A DNA stretch of 64,000 bases from Candidatus Kaiserbacteria bacterium (GCA_026713605.1 JAPOOC010000008.1:16889-80888); one strand, 5' to 3'. Shown: positions 11,270-20,812, counted from the stretch's first letter. Made by a program: numbers and translations. The notes: generated from the sequence alone by a model not told the origin.

Positions 11270-12279
11270 ACTGTTGCGACGGTATACGATTCAGGGGCTT
11301 TTTGCAGATAGTGTTCTATGTCCTTTTCGGTGAGGAGTCCTTTTTGTGCGCCGATGTGTTGGACAACAGACATGGAGTTTATCGGGGCGCGGAGAAGCGC
11401 TTCTTTGAGTGGGAGGCCTTTGGCAAGAAAGGCGGCAAGTGTTGAGGAGAATGCATCGCCTGCACCGGTGCGTTCTTTTGGTGGGGCAATGTCGGGGTAC
11501 TGTGGAACGAAGTAGGTTGTGTCGCCGTTGTAGGCGTAGGCGCCGTTTGGACCATCGGTGATAATGGCTATTGTGGGGCCTTTGCTGTGCATATCCTGTA
11601 GGAGCGTTTTGATGTTTGTTTCTTCTGTTTTGAGGATGCGTTGTGCCTCCTGCTTGTTGCAGATGAAGAGGTGGGTGTGGGCGTAGAGATCTTTGAGGTA
11701 GTCGTAGCCGAGTTGCATTTGGAATGTGCCGGGCTGGAATACGAGTTTTGTTTCAGGGTGTTGCTTAATCCATTGTACCACTTCATCGTGCAGGGTTTTT
11801 GCCGCCTCGCCAACTGAGGAGCAGTAGAGCCACTCGGTGCTGTCGGGTATGTTCGGCAGGGAATAGGTGAAGTGTTCGTGGCGGACGAGGATGGTGCGTT
11901 CTGCCTCGTAGGAAAGGACATAGTGATAGTTTGTTTTTTTGCCAGGTTCTTCGGTGATATATTGGGTATCTATGTTTTCATCCTGTAAGACGGCTATACA
12001 CTCTTTGCCATTGCGATCATCGCCGACAAACGAGATAAAAGCGGTAGGAAGTCCGAGGCGGGCTGCGGAGACAGCGGCGTTTGCGCTGTTGCCGACGGCG
12101 GGAACGACAACCACATCTTCGTATGGGATTTTATCACCCCAGCGCATTGAGATGGTGCACTGCTCTGTTGAGATGTCACAGTGTACACTTGCCTCCTGCA
12201 ATTTGATAAACGCATCGTTTGTCACATCGCCAAGTGTAATAAAAGAAGCATTCTGCATAGTAGGAGTATAGCACTGCAA
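11266..12279 (-). CDS. PfkB-family carbohydrate kinase (ribokinase-like)
   Basis: GAGDAF anion-hole motif near the C-terminus. N-terminal GD..ND substrate motif. 337 aa. Confidence 0.8.
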   Translation of the reverse strand: MQCYTPTMQNASFITLGDVTNDAFIKLQEASVHCDISTEQCTISMRWGDKIPYEDVVVVPAVGNSANAAVSAARLGLPTAFISFVGDDRNGKECIAVLQDENIDTQYITEEPGKKTNYHYVLSYEAERTILVRHEHFTYSLPNIPDSTEWLYCSSVGEAAKTLHDEVVQWIKQHPETKLVFQPGTFQMQLGYDYLKDLYAHTHLFICNKQEAQRILKTEETNIKTLLQDMHSKGPTIAIITDGPNGAYAYNGDTTYFVPQYPDIAPPKERTGAGDAFSSTLAAFLAKGLPLKEALLRAPINSMSVVQHIGAQKGLLTEKDIEHYLQKAPESYTVATV

Positions 12280-12288
12280 GATGTTGTT

Positions 12289-12531
12289 ATGCTTTTTATG
12301 TGGTATGCTGACGGCAATGAGTTTTTTGTTGTGTGTCCATTCGTTATGACTTCAAATACGATTATTTTTTGGGTGGTGTATATCGCCGCAGGGTTATTCT
12401 TGGTGTTTGCTTTTCTGGTAGTGATTTTTTATCTCCAGGAGCCGTTTTGTGCGATTGGTGTTGATACGGTTAATGAGTGTTTGGATAAGGCGTTGGAGCG
12501 GCTGTGGGAACAGGCAAAAAGGGCGTTATAG
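12289..12531 (+). CDS. small membrane protein (hypothetical)
   Basis: Starts after the divergent kinase gene. Hydrophobic core IIFWVVYIAAGLFLVFAFLVVIF. Confidence 0.3.
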   Translation: MLFMWYADGNEFFVVCPFVMTSNTIIFWVVYIAAGLFLVFAFLVVIFYLQEPFCAIGVDTVNECLDKALERLWEQAKRAL

Positions 12532-12568
12532 CTACGGTTGCGTTGTTTGATTTGCTCTGTCGTGTGGG

Positions 12569-12838
12569 ATGGTGTACCATATAGTGTATGGCGGAGAAGG
12601 AGGTGGTTGTGTGTTGTTTGCCAGGAAAAGGTTTGTTGCGAGAAGAGGAAAGAAAGGTCGGGTGACCCTTACTTTCTTAAACAGTCAGAAGCGGGTCTGC
12701 GGGACACTGACAAAAGAGGGAGGTGTTCCTTATTTCCGATCCGATGACGGCACGGTTGAAGGGCATATTTTTCGTTTTAGCGATGTTGGAGATTTTTTTA
12801 TTCCAAAAGAGCGTACTCAATCAGCGAATCGCTCATAA
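12569..12838 (+). CDS. hypothetical small protein
   Basis: 89-aa ORF ending immediately before a hairpin plus T-tract (12842-12890). Confidence 0.25.
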   Translation: MVYHIVYGGEGGGCVLFARKRFVARRGKKGRVTLTFLNSQKRVCGTLTKEGGVPYFRSDDGTVEGHIFRFSDVGDFFIPKERTQSANRS

Positions 12839-12976
12839 TTTTAACCCCGCGACATTTTATGTGTTGTGGGGTTTCTCTCTTGTTTTTGCGGTATGCCAAC
12901 AGTTGATTCATTTCACCAGTATTCGTTTTTCTCTATGGCATACTACAAGTAATTATCAAGATACAAGATACTTTAT

Positions 12977-13576
12977 ATGGAAACGGATATGTCAGATTTT
13001 GCACAGGCGCCGCTGATGGTTGGGGATGTGGTGCCGAAAACAATCAAATTTCAGGTATTTCACAAGGGTGAGATACGGGATACAACCATTGCCTCATTTC
13101 GTGGGAAGTGGCTGGTGTTGTTCTTTTACCCGGGGGATTTTACCTTTGTATGCCCAACTGAGTTGGGTGAGTTGGCTGGCAAGTATGATGCGTTTCAAAA
13201 AGAAGGTGTTGAGATTGTTTCTATGAGTACTGATACGGTGTTTTCACACAAAATGTGGCATGAAACTTCACCAGTTGTGAAGACCGTGCTGTTTCCTATG
13301 GGTTCTGACCATCGACATGTTTTTGTTACCCTGTTTGGTGTCTACTGTGAAGAGGATGGTTTGGCGTATCGTGCGTCTGTTGTTGTTGATCCGAACGGTG
13401 TTGTTCGTGCGATGGAGGTGCATGATAACTCTATTGGACGATCTGCTGCTGAATTGCTTCGTAAGGTGAAAGCGGCGAAGTATGTGCAGGAGCATAGCGG
13501 TAAGGTGTGTCCGGCAAGTTGGCAGGAGGGTGATGCAACCCTCACACCAGGGACTGACTTGGTGGGAAAAATATAG
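12977..13576 (+). CDS. 2-Cys peroxiredoxin (AhpC/Tsa family)
   Basis: FTFVCPTE peroxidatic Cys motif and resolving Cys in the C-terminal VCPA. Confidence 0.9.
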   Translation: METDMSDFAQAPLMVGDVVPKTIKFQVFHKGEIRDTTIASFRGKWLVLFFYPGDFTFVCPTELGELAGKYDAFQKEGVEIVSMSTDTVFSHKMWHETSPVVKTVLFPMGSDHRHVFVTLFGVYCEEDGLAYRASVVVDPNGVVRAMEVHDNSIGRSAAELLRKVKAAKYVQEHSGKVCPASWQEGDATLTPGTDLVGKI

Positions 13577-13578
13577 GT

Positions 13579-14193
13579 ATGGCGTTTCACGGCCTACTTG
13601 TATCCAGTGGCTTTAGTGCGTTGGCAATACGGGAGCAGGTTGCTTGTTTGGCGCGTGATCGATCTTATGTCTCAGCGCATATTATTACTACTGCTCGACC
13701 GGAGAAGGAGCATGCCCCATGGAATGTTGTGACAAAAGGGCAGTTGGAGGAAATGGGCATGACCGTTTCTTTTATTGATTTTGATGTTGGTGAGTCATTG
13801 GCGGATGATGTTGATTTAGTGTATGTTTGTGGCGGAAACACTTTTCATCTACTGCATAGTATTCAATGCTCGTCTGCACCGATTCGGCAGCAGATCGTTG
13901 CGCTGTGCGATCGGGGTGGACTGTATATCGGCTCTAGTGCTGGGGCGGTGCTGGTTTCGCCGACTATCGCAAGTGCTGGTGAGGTGCATCCTGATAAAAA
14001 TAAAGATGGTGTGGTTGACCTCACCGGTCTGCACTTTATTGAGCAGCATGTTGTTCCGCACTATGTGCCTTCGCTTGATGGAGAGATTATCGCTTTCCGT
14101 GAGAAGTATTCGTTGCGTGAAGATGAGGTGCTCTTGTTGCGGGATGGTGAGGGATTGTATGTACACGATGCTGTGCAAGAAATTGTCGTATAA
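13579..14193 (+). CDS. pepE: peptidase E-like (S51 dipeptidase family)
   Basis: GGNTFHLL and GSSAG motifs of the S51 family. Confidence 0.7.
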   Translation: MAFHGLLVSSGFSALAIREQVACLARDRSYVSAHIITTARPEKEHAPWNVVTKGQLEEMGMTVSFIDFDVGESLADDVDLVYVCGGNTFHLLHSIQCSSAPIRQQIVALCDRGGLYIGSSAGAVLVSPTIASAGEVHPDKNKDGVVDLTGLHFIEQHVVPHYVPSLDGEIIAFREKYSLREDEVLLLRDGEGLYVHDAVQEIVV

Positions 14194-14238
14194 AAAGAAT
14201 AGAGGCGACCTAAGTCACCTCTGTTTATAAGTGTTTGG

Positions 14239-14697
14239 TTAGTGTGTCAATGCAAGATTCTCATCCTCGACGCCGCTTTTTCTGGCGATGTTTCCCCCCG
14301 CAACCTTGCGGTTGTGTAGTAACATTGTGTACAGCAAGAGTGCGACTGTTCCAATTAAGGAGTACACCTCTGTCTCACCTGCTTCGGGTTCCCACCGTTG
14401 AACCTCCGGAAGTATTTTCTCCGCTTCGAGAAAACACATTGACCAAGTGAAAGGGTGCGACTCCACCTCTTCTTCTTGTACTTCTTCTGAAAATGTAGCG
14501 ATGAAGGAGTCACATTGTGGCAAAAAAGACCGTATTTTTTCAACGGTCTTTATGTCGGGCGGTACATAGTATTGTACCGATGCGAAGAACCTGTCGAATA
14601 GTTTCCGGGTGGTGTACAGTTCTTTGTGGGATGTGTTGCCGGTTATTCCCGAGAAGAACGACTGCAGCCGCTGAAAAAAGTCAATGGTGTGTAGCAT
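14239..14697 (-). CDS. hypothetical protein
   Basis: 152-aa ORF convergent with pepE, with a hairpin between the two genes. Confidence 0.4.
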   Translation of the reverse strand: MLHTIDFFQRLQSFFSGITGNTSHKELYTTRKLFDRFFASVQYYVPPDIKTVEKIRSFLPQCDSFIATFSEEVQEEEVESHPFTWSMCFLEAEKILPEVQRWEPEAGETEVYSLIGTVALLLYTMLLHNRKVAGGNIARKSGVEDENLALTH

Positions 14698-14740
14698 CTT
14701 TTACCTCCGCAAGCCAGTATACCTTATATTGCAACCCCGG

Positions 14741-15700
14741 TCAATTTTTTATAAACTCAAACGAGGCGATGGGGATTGATGGCACATTTCTGATTCTCGT
14801 GATTGATTCTCGTGGGTCCGTGTCGCTATCTTTTGAGGTGAATTCCGTTCCGTCGTCGGTACCAGCATCGTACAGTACTGCGGGGATGGTTACTCGCTCC
14901 ACCCACTCACCGTCTTTATAGAGTTGCACATTGCGTGCCGTAATGAACCAATCTGGACTCGGCGCAATCATAGATACGACCGTTATGTGTGGGGTGTCCC
15001 GCTCCATGGTGATTTGTGTTATATTTTCTCCGGGTGCGTTAAATACTGTGCCGGTGGCGTATGTCAGGGCTGCATCGGTATGGATACCACTTTGTATTTC
15101 CTGTATTAATGTGTTGGTTGCCCCGGTCTCTGCCATGATCTCCATGCCTTCACTGGCGGTGCCACCTTCTCTGAACAAGGTGTCTTTTCGGCGGTGTGAC
15201 CATGCGACCATTGGTGAAAGGTGTGCACCCTGCGGGTACCAGCGCGGGTGGAGTCGCTCGCTCCATGATGCGTGCAGGCGTATCGTATATATAGCAATAC
15301 CGTTGTTGGCATCAATTGGAAGATTTGGCTGTCGCAGCTGTTTTTCGGGAGTTTGATTGTCTTTCAGGGTGATGGTTGCCAGCACCTCTTCCTCCGTTGG
15401 TGGTGTTTGTGGTTCTGTGGTGTTGTTCTCTGCCGCCGTGTTGTCTATTTCTTGTATTTCATCCTCGTCTTCAAACAGTGTTTCTGGAGTAGTGATTGGT
15501 GCTACCTCTCCTTCCTCTTGTTGCAGTGGATTTCTAGTTGCGGACAAGAATACCAGCACGCTGAGAATGACAATGATAATAATCAACATTGTCATGTTTA
15601 GGGTAAATTTTTTTCGCACATCCATACTGTCTATGGTATAGCATAGTATTGTAGGGTTCCACTGATTATACATTGTATTTGTGGATTTTTTCTGAGACAC
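14741..15700 (-). CDS. secreted spondin_N-like domain protein
   Basis: N-terminal TM/signal, acidic linker, then a spondin_N-like core (HASWSERLHPRWYP...HLSPMVAWSH...APSPDWF). Confidence 0.55.
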   Translation of the reverse strand: MSQKKSTNTMYNQWNPTILCYTIDSMDVRKKFTLNMTMLIIIIVILSVLVFLSATRNPLQQEEGEVAPITTPETLFEDEDEIQEIDNTAAENNTTEPQTPPTEEEVLATITLKDNQTPEKQLRQPNLPIDANNGIAIYTIRLHASWSERLHPRWYPQGAHLSPMVAWSHRRKDTLFREGGTASEGMEIMAETGATNTLIQEIQSGIHTDAALTYATGTVFNAPGENITQITMERDTPHITVVSMIAPSPDWFITARNVQLYKDGEWVERVTIPAVLYDAGTDDGTEFTSKDSDTDPRESITRIRNVPSIPIASFEFIKN

Positions 15701-15840
15701 CGTATAGCAAAAAACTGCACCTTTCGTTTCGGCTTATTGTTGGTAACCAATCTCTACAGTGCTGCGTGGTTGTGTGTTTTTGTGCTTCACATGAGTTCTG
15801 TAACCCCCCACTGTTTTCTTTTTTGTAGTATTATGAAAGT

Positions 15841-17319
15841 ATGATTTTTGTCCTCCATTATGTGCGTTTTTTTTGTGTGGTCAGTGTTTTTGTGGTCAGT
15901 GTTTTCTCTTCCTGTTTTGTGTATGCTACTGAATCAACGCTGCGCATTACAGAAATTATGTACGATGCGGAGGGGAGTGATACTGGGAAGGAGTTTGTGG
16001 AGGTGATAAATGGTGGATCAGAGGCAGTTGCTATTACAGCAGTAACATTTTTTGAACGAAATGATCGTCAGCGTGGAAGAGCTGTCGCATCGGGTGCGGG
16101 TAATGCGACATTGCAGCCGGGTGAGGTGGCGGTTATCGTATCGGATCCAGCACTATTTTCACAGCATTACTCTTTTGATGGACTGCTCCTTGACACCACG
16201 AATTTTGCCCTGTTAAATGCTGGGTCAACCGTTTCGCTGAGAAAAGGGAATACTCTGTTGCATAGCATTACCTATACTACACAGCATGGTGCCAGAGGTG
16301 ATGGTAACACACTACACATTGATCAAAACGATGTTATTACCGCAGGAAAGCCAAGTCCGGGGGTGCTGGGTGCCGGTGTGGCTGCTGTAACGGGCGGCAC
16401 CACTGTGGGTCGTGCTGTAGAAACTGAAACTCCGTCAAGCACAGAGGAGGAGGGTGCAGGGTTGGTAACGAGTACCGAGATATTGCCACAGGCGGGGACA
16501 CCACAGCAGGTCGTTATGACGGCTGATCCGTCGGTTGTGTTTTCTGCGTCAACGACAAAATTTTCAGTTGTGCGGCAGGAGGGTGCAGAGGAAGAGGTGT
16601 TGTATGGACTGTGGAATTTTGGTGATGGGGGCTATGTTTATGGTACTGTTGTAGAGCATGCCTATTTGCATCCAGGTGCCTATATCATTGTGTTTCAAGA
16701 GTTGTTAGATGAAAATGGGACTGAAGGTATTGTGTTGCAAAAAGAAATACCGGTGCTTTTTCCGCAGGTACGCATTGAGCGGGTTGACGATGCGTTTGTA
16801 CGGCTGCACAATTATCATCCGTTTGTGTTGGATGTGTCGGGTTGGCGGGTTGAGGCACAAGGAGTTGTTTTTGATTTCCACGAAAAATCATTTGTACCGA
16901 AGCAGGGCAGTACCGTTATTCCGTTTGCTATTGCTCCGGAGCAGGATATATTCTTTGTGACCGCTGGGGGTGGGCAATTCAATGGAAAACCCGTTGATTC
17001 GAGTGCCGCCGCCGCGCAGGAGCAGGAAGTAGTTCCCGCTGAATCTGAAAAAATACTCGAACTGGAGGGGGAGGAGGTGGAGCAGCATGCCTCAGAGGCA
17101 GACACGGACAGTACCACCGATGTTTCACAAGAGTCAGAGAAAGCAGGTGCTGGTGTTTTTGTTGCAGAGGTTGATGACGATCAGGAGGAAGAACAGACAG
17201 GCGTTGCCATGCAGATGATTATCGTGTGGGTTGCATTGCTTATCGGTGTTATGACTATTGCGTTAGTGCCGCTTATACTTGCACGGCGTGAAAAGGAGAA
17301 ACGGTATGAGCATCGATAA
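15841..17319 (+). CDS. lamin-tail-domain (LTD) surface protein with C-terminal membrane anchor
   Basis: Signal peptide. LTD signature RITEIMYDAEGSDTGKEFVEVIN. Second LTD-like repeat (VRIERV...WRVEAQGVVFDF). Acidic spacer. C-terminal TM plus RREKEKR. Confidence 0.65.
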   Translation: MIFVLHYVRFFCVVSVFVVSVFSSCFVYATESTLRITEIMYDAEGSDTGKEFVEVINGGSEAVAITAVTFFERNDRQRGRAVASGAGNATLQPGEVAVIVSDPALFSQHYSFDGLLLDTTNFALLNAGSTVSLRKGNTLLHSITYTTQHGARGDGNTLHIDQNDVITAGKPSPGVLGAGVAAVTGGTTVGRAVETETPSSTEEEGAGLVTSTEILPQAGTPQQVVMTADPSVVFSASTTKFSVVRQEGAEEEVLYGLWNFGDGGYVYGTVVEHAYLHPGAYIIVFQELLDENGTEGIVLQKEIPVLFPQVRIERVDDAFVRLHNYHPFVLDVSGWRVEAQGVVFDFHEKSFVPKQGSTVIPFAIAPEQDIFFVTAGGGQFNGKPVDSSAAAAQEQEVVPAESEKILELEGEEVEQHASEADTDSTTDVSQESEKAGAGVFVAEVDDDQEEEQTGVAMQMIIVWVALLIGVMTIALVPLILARREKEKRYEHR

Positions 17320-17467
17320 GAGTGCAAAAATAGAATAAAAAACATTGAGAATGTCATGAAAAAGTTTTCCACACATTGTTGTATAAAAAGATAAAAGGAG
17401 GTAAGGGGTTACCATAATGTAAGTAGACCTGCAAACAGCGGTCAATTATTAACCTAATTTTCATTTC

Positions 17468-17710
17468 ATGAAAAGAAGAAAACGACGAACCACCACGAAG
17501 AAGTCCGCCGCGAAAAAAACGACACGGAAGCGACGAAGTGCGAAGAAGTCCGCTCCTAAGAAGATGACCAAGAGACGACGAAGCGCAAAAAAGACAACAG
17601 CTAAAAAGGCGACGAAGAAGCGACGAAGCACAAAAAGGCGGTCAGCCAAAAAGGTGGCAAAAAAGACGACGAAAAAAGCGCCAAAACGACGCAGTCGTCG
17701 ACGCAGGTAG
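17468..17710 (+). CDS. histone H1-like / Hc1-like lysine-arginine repeat DNA-binding protein
   Basis: 80 aa, ~50% K/R with AKK/KRRR repeats (TAKKATKKRRS x several). Followed by a strong terminator. Confidence 0.55.
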   Translation: MKRRKRRTTTKKSAAKKTTRKRRSAKKSAPKKMTKRRRSAKKTTAKKATKKRRSTKRRSAKKVAKKTTKKAPKRRSRRRR

Positions 17711-17732
17711 GAACTTTCCCTTTTGTTTTATA

Positions 17733-17790
17733 AACAGGGGTATGTAAAAACAGAATGCTTTATTCTTTTTTTACATACCCCTGTTTTATT
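17733..17790 (+). terminator. rho-independent terminator (long perfect hairpin)
   Basis: aaacaggggtatgtaaaaa...tttttacatacccctgttttatttttt, ~17-bp stem plus T-run. Confidence 0.7.
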
Positions 17791-17811
17791 TTTTATGCGG
17801 TATACTGCAGT

Positions 17812-18420
17812 ATGAATAAAGAAAAGCATTTGGAGCGGACGCTAGTTATTATTAAACCTGACGGCGTTCAACGCGTGTTGGTGGGAGAGGTTATTCGGCG
17901 ATTTGAGCGAGTTGGGCTGAAGATAGTTGCGATGAAGATGGTGCGGGCGGATGCCGCTATGATTGAGCGGCATTATTCGCTTGATCCGGATTGGAAACGA
18001 AAGGCGGGGGAAAAAATGTTGCGGAATAAAAGAGGGGATGCGGGTGTCATTGATGAGAAGGAGGCAGTGGCGGCGGGTGAACCTATTGTAGAGCGATTGA
18101 AGCGGTATATGACTGCTGGTCCGATTGTGCCGATGGTGTTGGAAGGGGCATATGCGATACCGTTGACACGGAAATTGGTTGGCGGTACTGAACCGCTTTC
18201 GTCCGATGTTGGTTCTATTCGAGGAGATTTTGTCCTTGATTCATATGCATTGGCAAATGGTGCGCAACGATCAATCCGTAACATAGTACATGCTTCTTCA
18301 AGTGTGGAGGAGGCAGAAAAAGAGGTTGCGTTGTGGTTTCAGTCGGAGGATCTGCTTGCCTATGAAACCGTACACGAACACATATTGTACGATATAAACT
18401 TTGATAATGCCGTTGAATAA
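17812..18420 (+). CDS. ndk: nucleoside diphosphate kinase (with internal insertion)
   Basis: ERTLVIIKPDGVQR and NIVHASSSVEEAEKEVALWF motifs. ~203 aa, longer than typical. Start chosen downstream of the terminator. Confidence 0.8.
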   Translation: MNKEKHLERTLVIIKPDGVQRVLVGEVIRRFERVGLKIVAMKMVRADAAMIERHYSLDPDWKRKAGEKMLRNKRGDAGVIDEKEAVAAGEPIVERLKRYMTAGPIVPMVLEGAYAIPLTRKLVGGTEPLSSDVGSIRGDFVLDSYALANGAQRSIRNIVHASSSVEEAEKEVALWFQSEDLLAYETVHEHILYDINFDNAVE

Positions 18421-18805
18421 TGACAATTACACTCACCGCATGCAGACATTGCTATTCGTACTTTTTGTTGCGTCCCTGACTGTTGTATTGCATGGCATCG
18501 GTACAGAACACAACTGGTATTGGCGTTACCACTGGTTTGACATCATCACACATCTGCTTGGTGGATTTTCGTTGGGCTTGCTCGCAGTGTTGCTTTACAG
18601 AAAAATAGAAAAATGTGTGGTGTTCACGCTTGGTACCGTGCTACTGCTTATTATTGGATGGGAGGTGTTTGAGGTGTTATTTGTCAGCATGCCGACAGAA
18701 GAGCTGTGGTATAGTATTGGCACTATTAAAGATGTTGTGGTTGGTTTGCTCGGTGCCCATATAGCAGTGTTCGTGTATCAAAAATATAGCCGTACGGTTG
18801 CGTAG
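18401..18805 (+). CDS. membrane protein (hypothetical)
   Basis: 4 predicted TM helices. Start uncertain. Confidence 0.4.
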   Translation: MIMPLNNDNYTHRMQTLLFVLFVASLTVVLHGIGTEHNWYWRYHWFDIITHLLGGFSLGLLAVLLYRKIEKCVVFTLGTVLLLIIGWEVFEVLFVSMPTEELWYSIGTIKDVVVGLLGAHIAVFVYQKYSRTVA

Positions 18806-18809
18806 CCAT

Positions 18810-19157
18810 CTATGAGGTGACGGATTCAATGATGCGGTCGAATGACTCTTTTCGTTGCCGTGCGATTTCTGAAAGCATTTTTCGGTTGAGTACGATGCCT
18901 TTTTTCTTGAGTGTGCCCATAAACATACTGTACGAAAGGTTGTGTGGCTTTACCGCTGCATTAATACGGATATTCCACAGTCGGCGGAAGTCACCTTTTT
19001 TCTTTCTGCGGTGTGCAAATGCATGGTTGCCGGCATGTAACCATGCCTCTCTCGCTTGTCGCTCTTTTGTGGATCGACCCCAACGGTACCCCTTTACCTT
19101 TTTTAGTAAGGATTTTCGACTTTTAAGAGAAATTGTTCCTCGTTTGACGCGAACCAT
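18810..19157 (-). CDS. rplT: 50S ribosomal protein L20
   Basis: MVRVKRG...HAFAHRRKKK...FRRLWNIRINAA. Confidence 0.9.
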   Translation of the reverse strand: MVRVKRGTISLKSRKSLLKKVKGYRWGRSTKERQAREAWLHAGNHAFAHRRKKKGDFRRLWNIRINAAVKPHNLSYSMFMGTLKKKGIVLNRKMLSEIARQRKESFDRIIESVTS

Positions 19158-19174
19158 ATAGTAAATAGTATATA

Positions 19175-19360
19175 TTATGTGACCAGTGAGTACCGTTGTC
19201 GCATTTTAGTCGATACTGGTATTGCCCGTTGCCGTTTTTGCCTCAACTTTTTGGAGCGCGGATGTTTTGCGTTGAAGTGGCCACGACCCTTGCCACTGGC
19301 AAGAAGCGCGCCGTTTTTTGAGACGCGAATGCGCGAACGGGCTGATTTGTTTGATTTCAT
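19175..19360 (-). CDS. rpmI: 50S ribosomal protein L35
   Basis: MKSNKSARSRIRVSKNG...KRQRAI, basic 61-aa protein immediately upstream of rplT. Confidence 0.8.
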   Translation of the reverse strand: MKSNKSARSRIRVSKNGALLASGKGRGHFNAKHPRSKKLRQKRQRAIPVSTKMRQRYSLVT

Positions 19361-19475
19361 GCTTTCCAGTATACCATACAGAGGGGGGTTTATGCAAAGC
19401 AAATAAAAGGGTAGAATATAAGTATACCCGTTTTTGACAGGTTAGTTTAAACCTTTATACAAGGAGGACTGTGGG

Positions 19476-20123
19476 ATGGAGTTGTGGATTCTGATGTTGT
19501 TCGGTGCACCATATTCGGGTAAAAGTACTCACAGAAAGCATTTATGCGCCGCCTTCGAAGAGGGTGGGTATGAGTATCAGGTTGTTGATGTCGGCGGAAT
19601 GCTGAGGAAGTGTGTGCAGACGAACAATCCTTTCACACGAATTATTACAAGTGCTGCGGAGCATGGTGATCTGGTACCGCAGGAGGTTCCAATTTCTCTG
19701 TTCTTTGACAAGTTGTGTCGTGGTACCTATGATGTGGTGATTACCGATGGTATCGGGCGGAGGGTGTCTGAAATGCGTACCATTTTGGATGCACTCTTCC
19801 GGTGTGTTCCAGAGGCAATGCTTCGCATAGATGCCTTGCATCTTGACATTTCTTGGGATGAAATAGAAAATCGTTTCGATGCGGGCAGAGATGAGAAACG
19901 ATTGGATGACACCTTGGAGGTGTTGAAGAAGAGGTATTGCACTTTTCGTGCAGAGACACTGCCGGTGATTGATTATATAAGAAATTGCGGGCGTGTCGGG
20001 ATGCACACTGTCACCATGGGAAACAAGACAGAGGAGGAGGTGCATTGCGAGATCGCCTCAAGAATTGATATTACCCCTATTCATTTTGCGTCACAGCTAC
20101 TCTTAGATTCATATTTATTTTGA
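19476..20123 (+). CDS. adenylate kinase-like P-loop nucleotide kinase
   Basis: Walker A GAPYSGKST. GDLVPQEV similar to the Adk NMP-binding segment. SD AAGGAGG upstream. Confidence 0.5.
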   Translation: MELWILMLFGAPYSGKSTHRKHLCAAFEEGGYEYQVVDVGGMLRKCVQTNNPFTRIITSAAEHGDLVPQEVPISLFFDKLCRGTYDVVITDGIGRRVSEMRTILDALFRCVPEAMLRIDALHLDISWDEIENRFDAGRDEKRLDDTLEVLKKRYCTFRAETLPVIDYIRNCGRVGMHTVTMGNKTEEEVHCEIASRIDITPIHFASQLLLDSYLF

Positions 20124-20140
20124 GTCAGTAGGGGAAGCAA

Positions 20141-20176
20141 TAAAGGCATCGTCATGATGCCTTTATTTTTTTTTGT
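20141..20176. terminator. bidirectional hairpin terminator between convergent genes
   Basis: aaaggcatcgtcatgatgccttt flanked by A/T runs. Confidence 0.55.
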
Positions 20177-20723
20177 CATTTGGCTGGAGGGTGATAGAGA
20201 AACCTTTTGGACTTTTGCGGATATCGCCGACGGCAGTAACTTCTCCTGGGATAGTTTGTATAAAGGAAGAGAGTCTTTCTTTCAGAAAAGTTGGATCCAT
20301 ACCTTTATATCGACCGAAGAGAAAGAGATCAACCTGCACACGACTGCCATTATCTAGCCATTCTCGGATCTTTTTTGCCCGCATCTCAAGAATGCCGCCG
20401 CTGGTGCCTGGCTTGATCTGCGTCTGTTTCATGCCTTCTTGTTTTTTACCCTTTTCCTTGTCCTGGTCTGCCCACTTTTTCTTCATCTTATTCTGCTCGT
20501 ATTGGTACTTGCCGTAGTCAGCAATACGCACAACGGGTGGACGGGATTTTGCGGTTACCTCTACTAAGTCAAGATTTGCCTGTCGTGCCCGGGTCATTGC
20601 GTCCTTTATGGAGACAACGCCAACATTTTTTCCGTCTGCTTCTATAAGGCGAACCTTAGAGGCGCGAATCGCCTCGTTGATACGAACTTTCGGCTGTGCT
20701 AATTTTCTTGGTCCTCTACGAAT
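20163..20723 (-). CDS. infC: translation initiation factor IF-3 (probable AUU start)
   Basis: INEAIRASKVRLIEADGKNVGVVSIKDAMTRARQANLDLVEV. In-frame ATT at 20721-20723 gives a ~186-aa protein, consistent with the classic infC AUU start. The upstream ATG extension is unlikely. Confidence 0.8.
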   Translation of the reverse strand: MRRGPRKLAQPKVRINEAIRASKVRLIEADGKNVGVVSIKDAMTRARQANLDLVEVTAKSRPPVVRIADYGKYQYEQNKMKKKWADQDKEKGKKQEGMKQTQIKPGTSGGILEMRAKKIREWLDNGSRVQVDLFLFGRYKGMDPTFLKERLSSFIQTIPGEVTAVGDIRKSPKGFSITLQPNDKKK

Positions 20724-20812
20724 ATGCAGGTAGTATATACCACACCAAGGTCGTGAGCAAGAGCTATACACATATTGCAAAAGTACTATAAATACGATAG
20801 TATACTAACTAT

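Noticed and set aside
12538-13016. Overlapping small ORFs (69-97 aa) upstream of the peroxiredoxin gene
   Set aside because: Mutually exclusive frames. Only the 12569-12838 frame is retained, at low confidence, because a hairpin terminator follows it.
17461-17649. Minus-strand 62-aa ORF rich in F/R/V
   Set aside because: Mirror-frame artefact of the K/R-repeat gene on the plus strand.
20163-20780. ATG-initiated 205-aa version of infC
   Set aside because: Adds a non-conserved Cys/Trp-rich 19-aa leader. An in-frame AUU at the expected position gives the canonical length.
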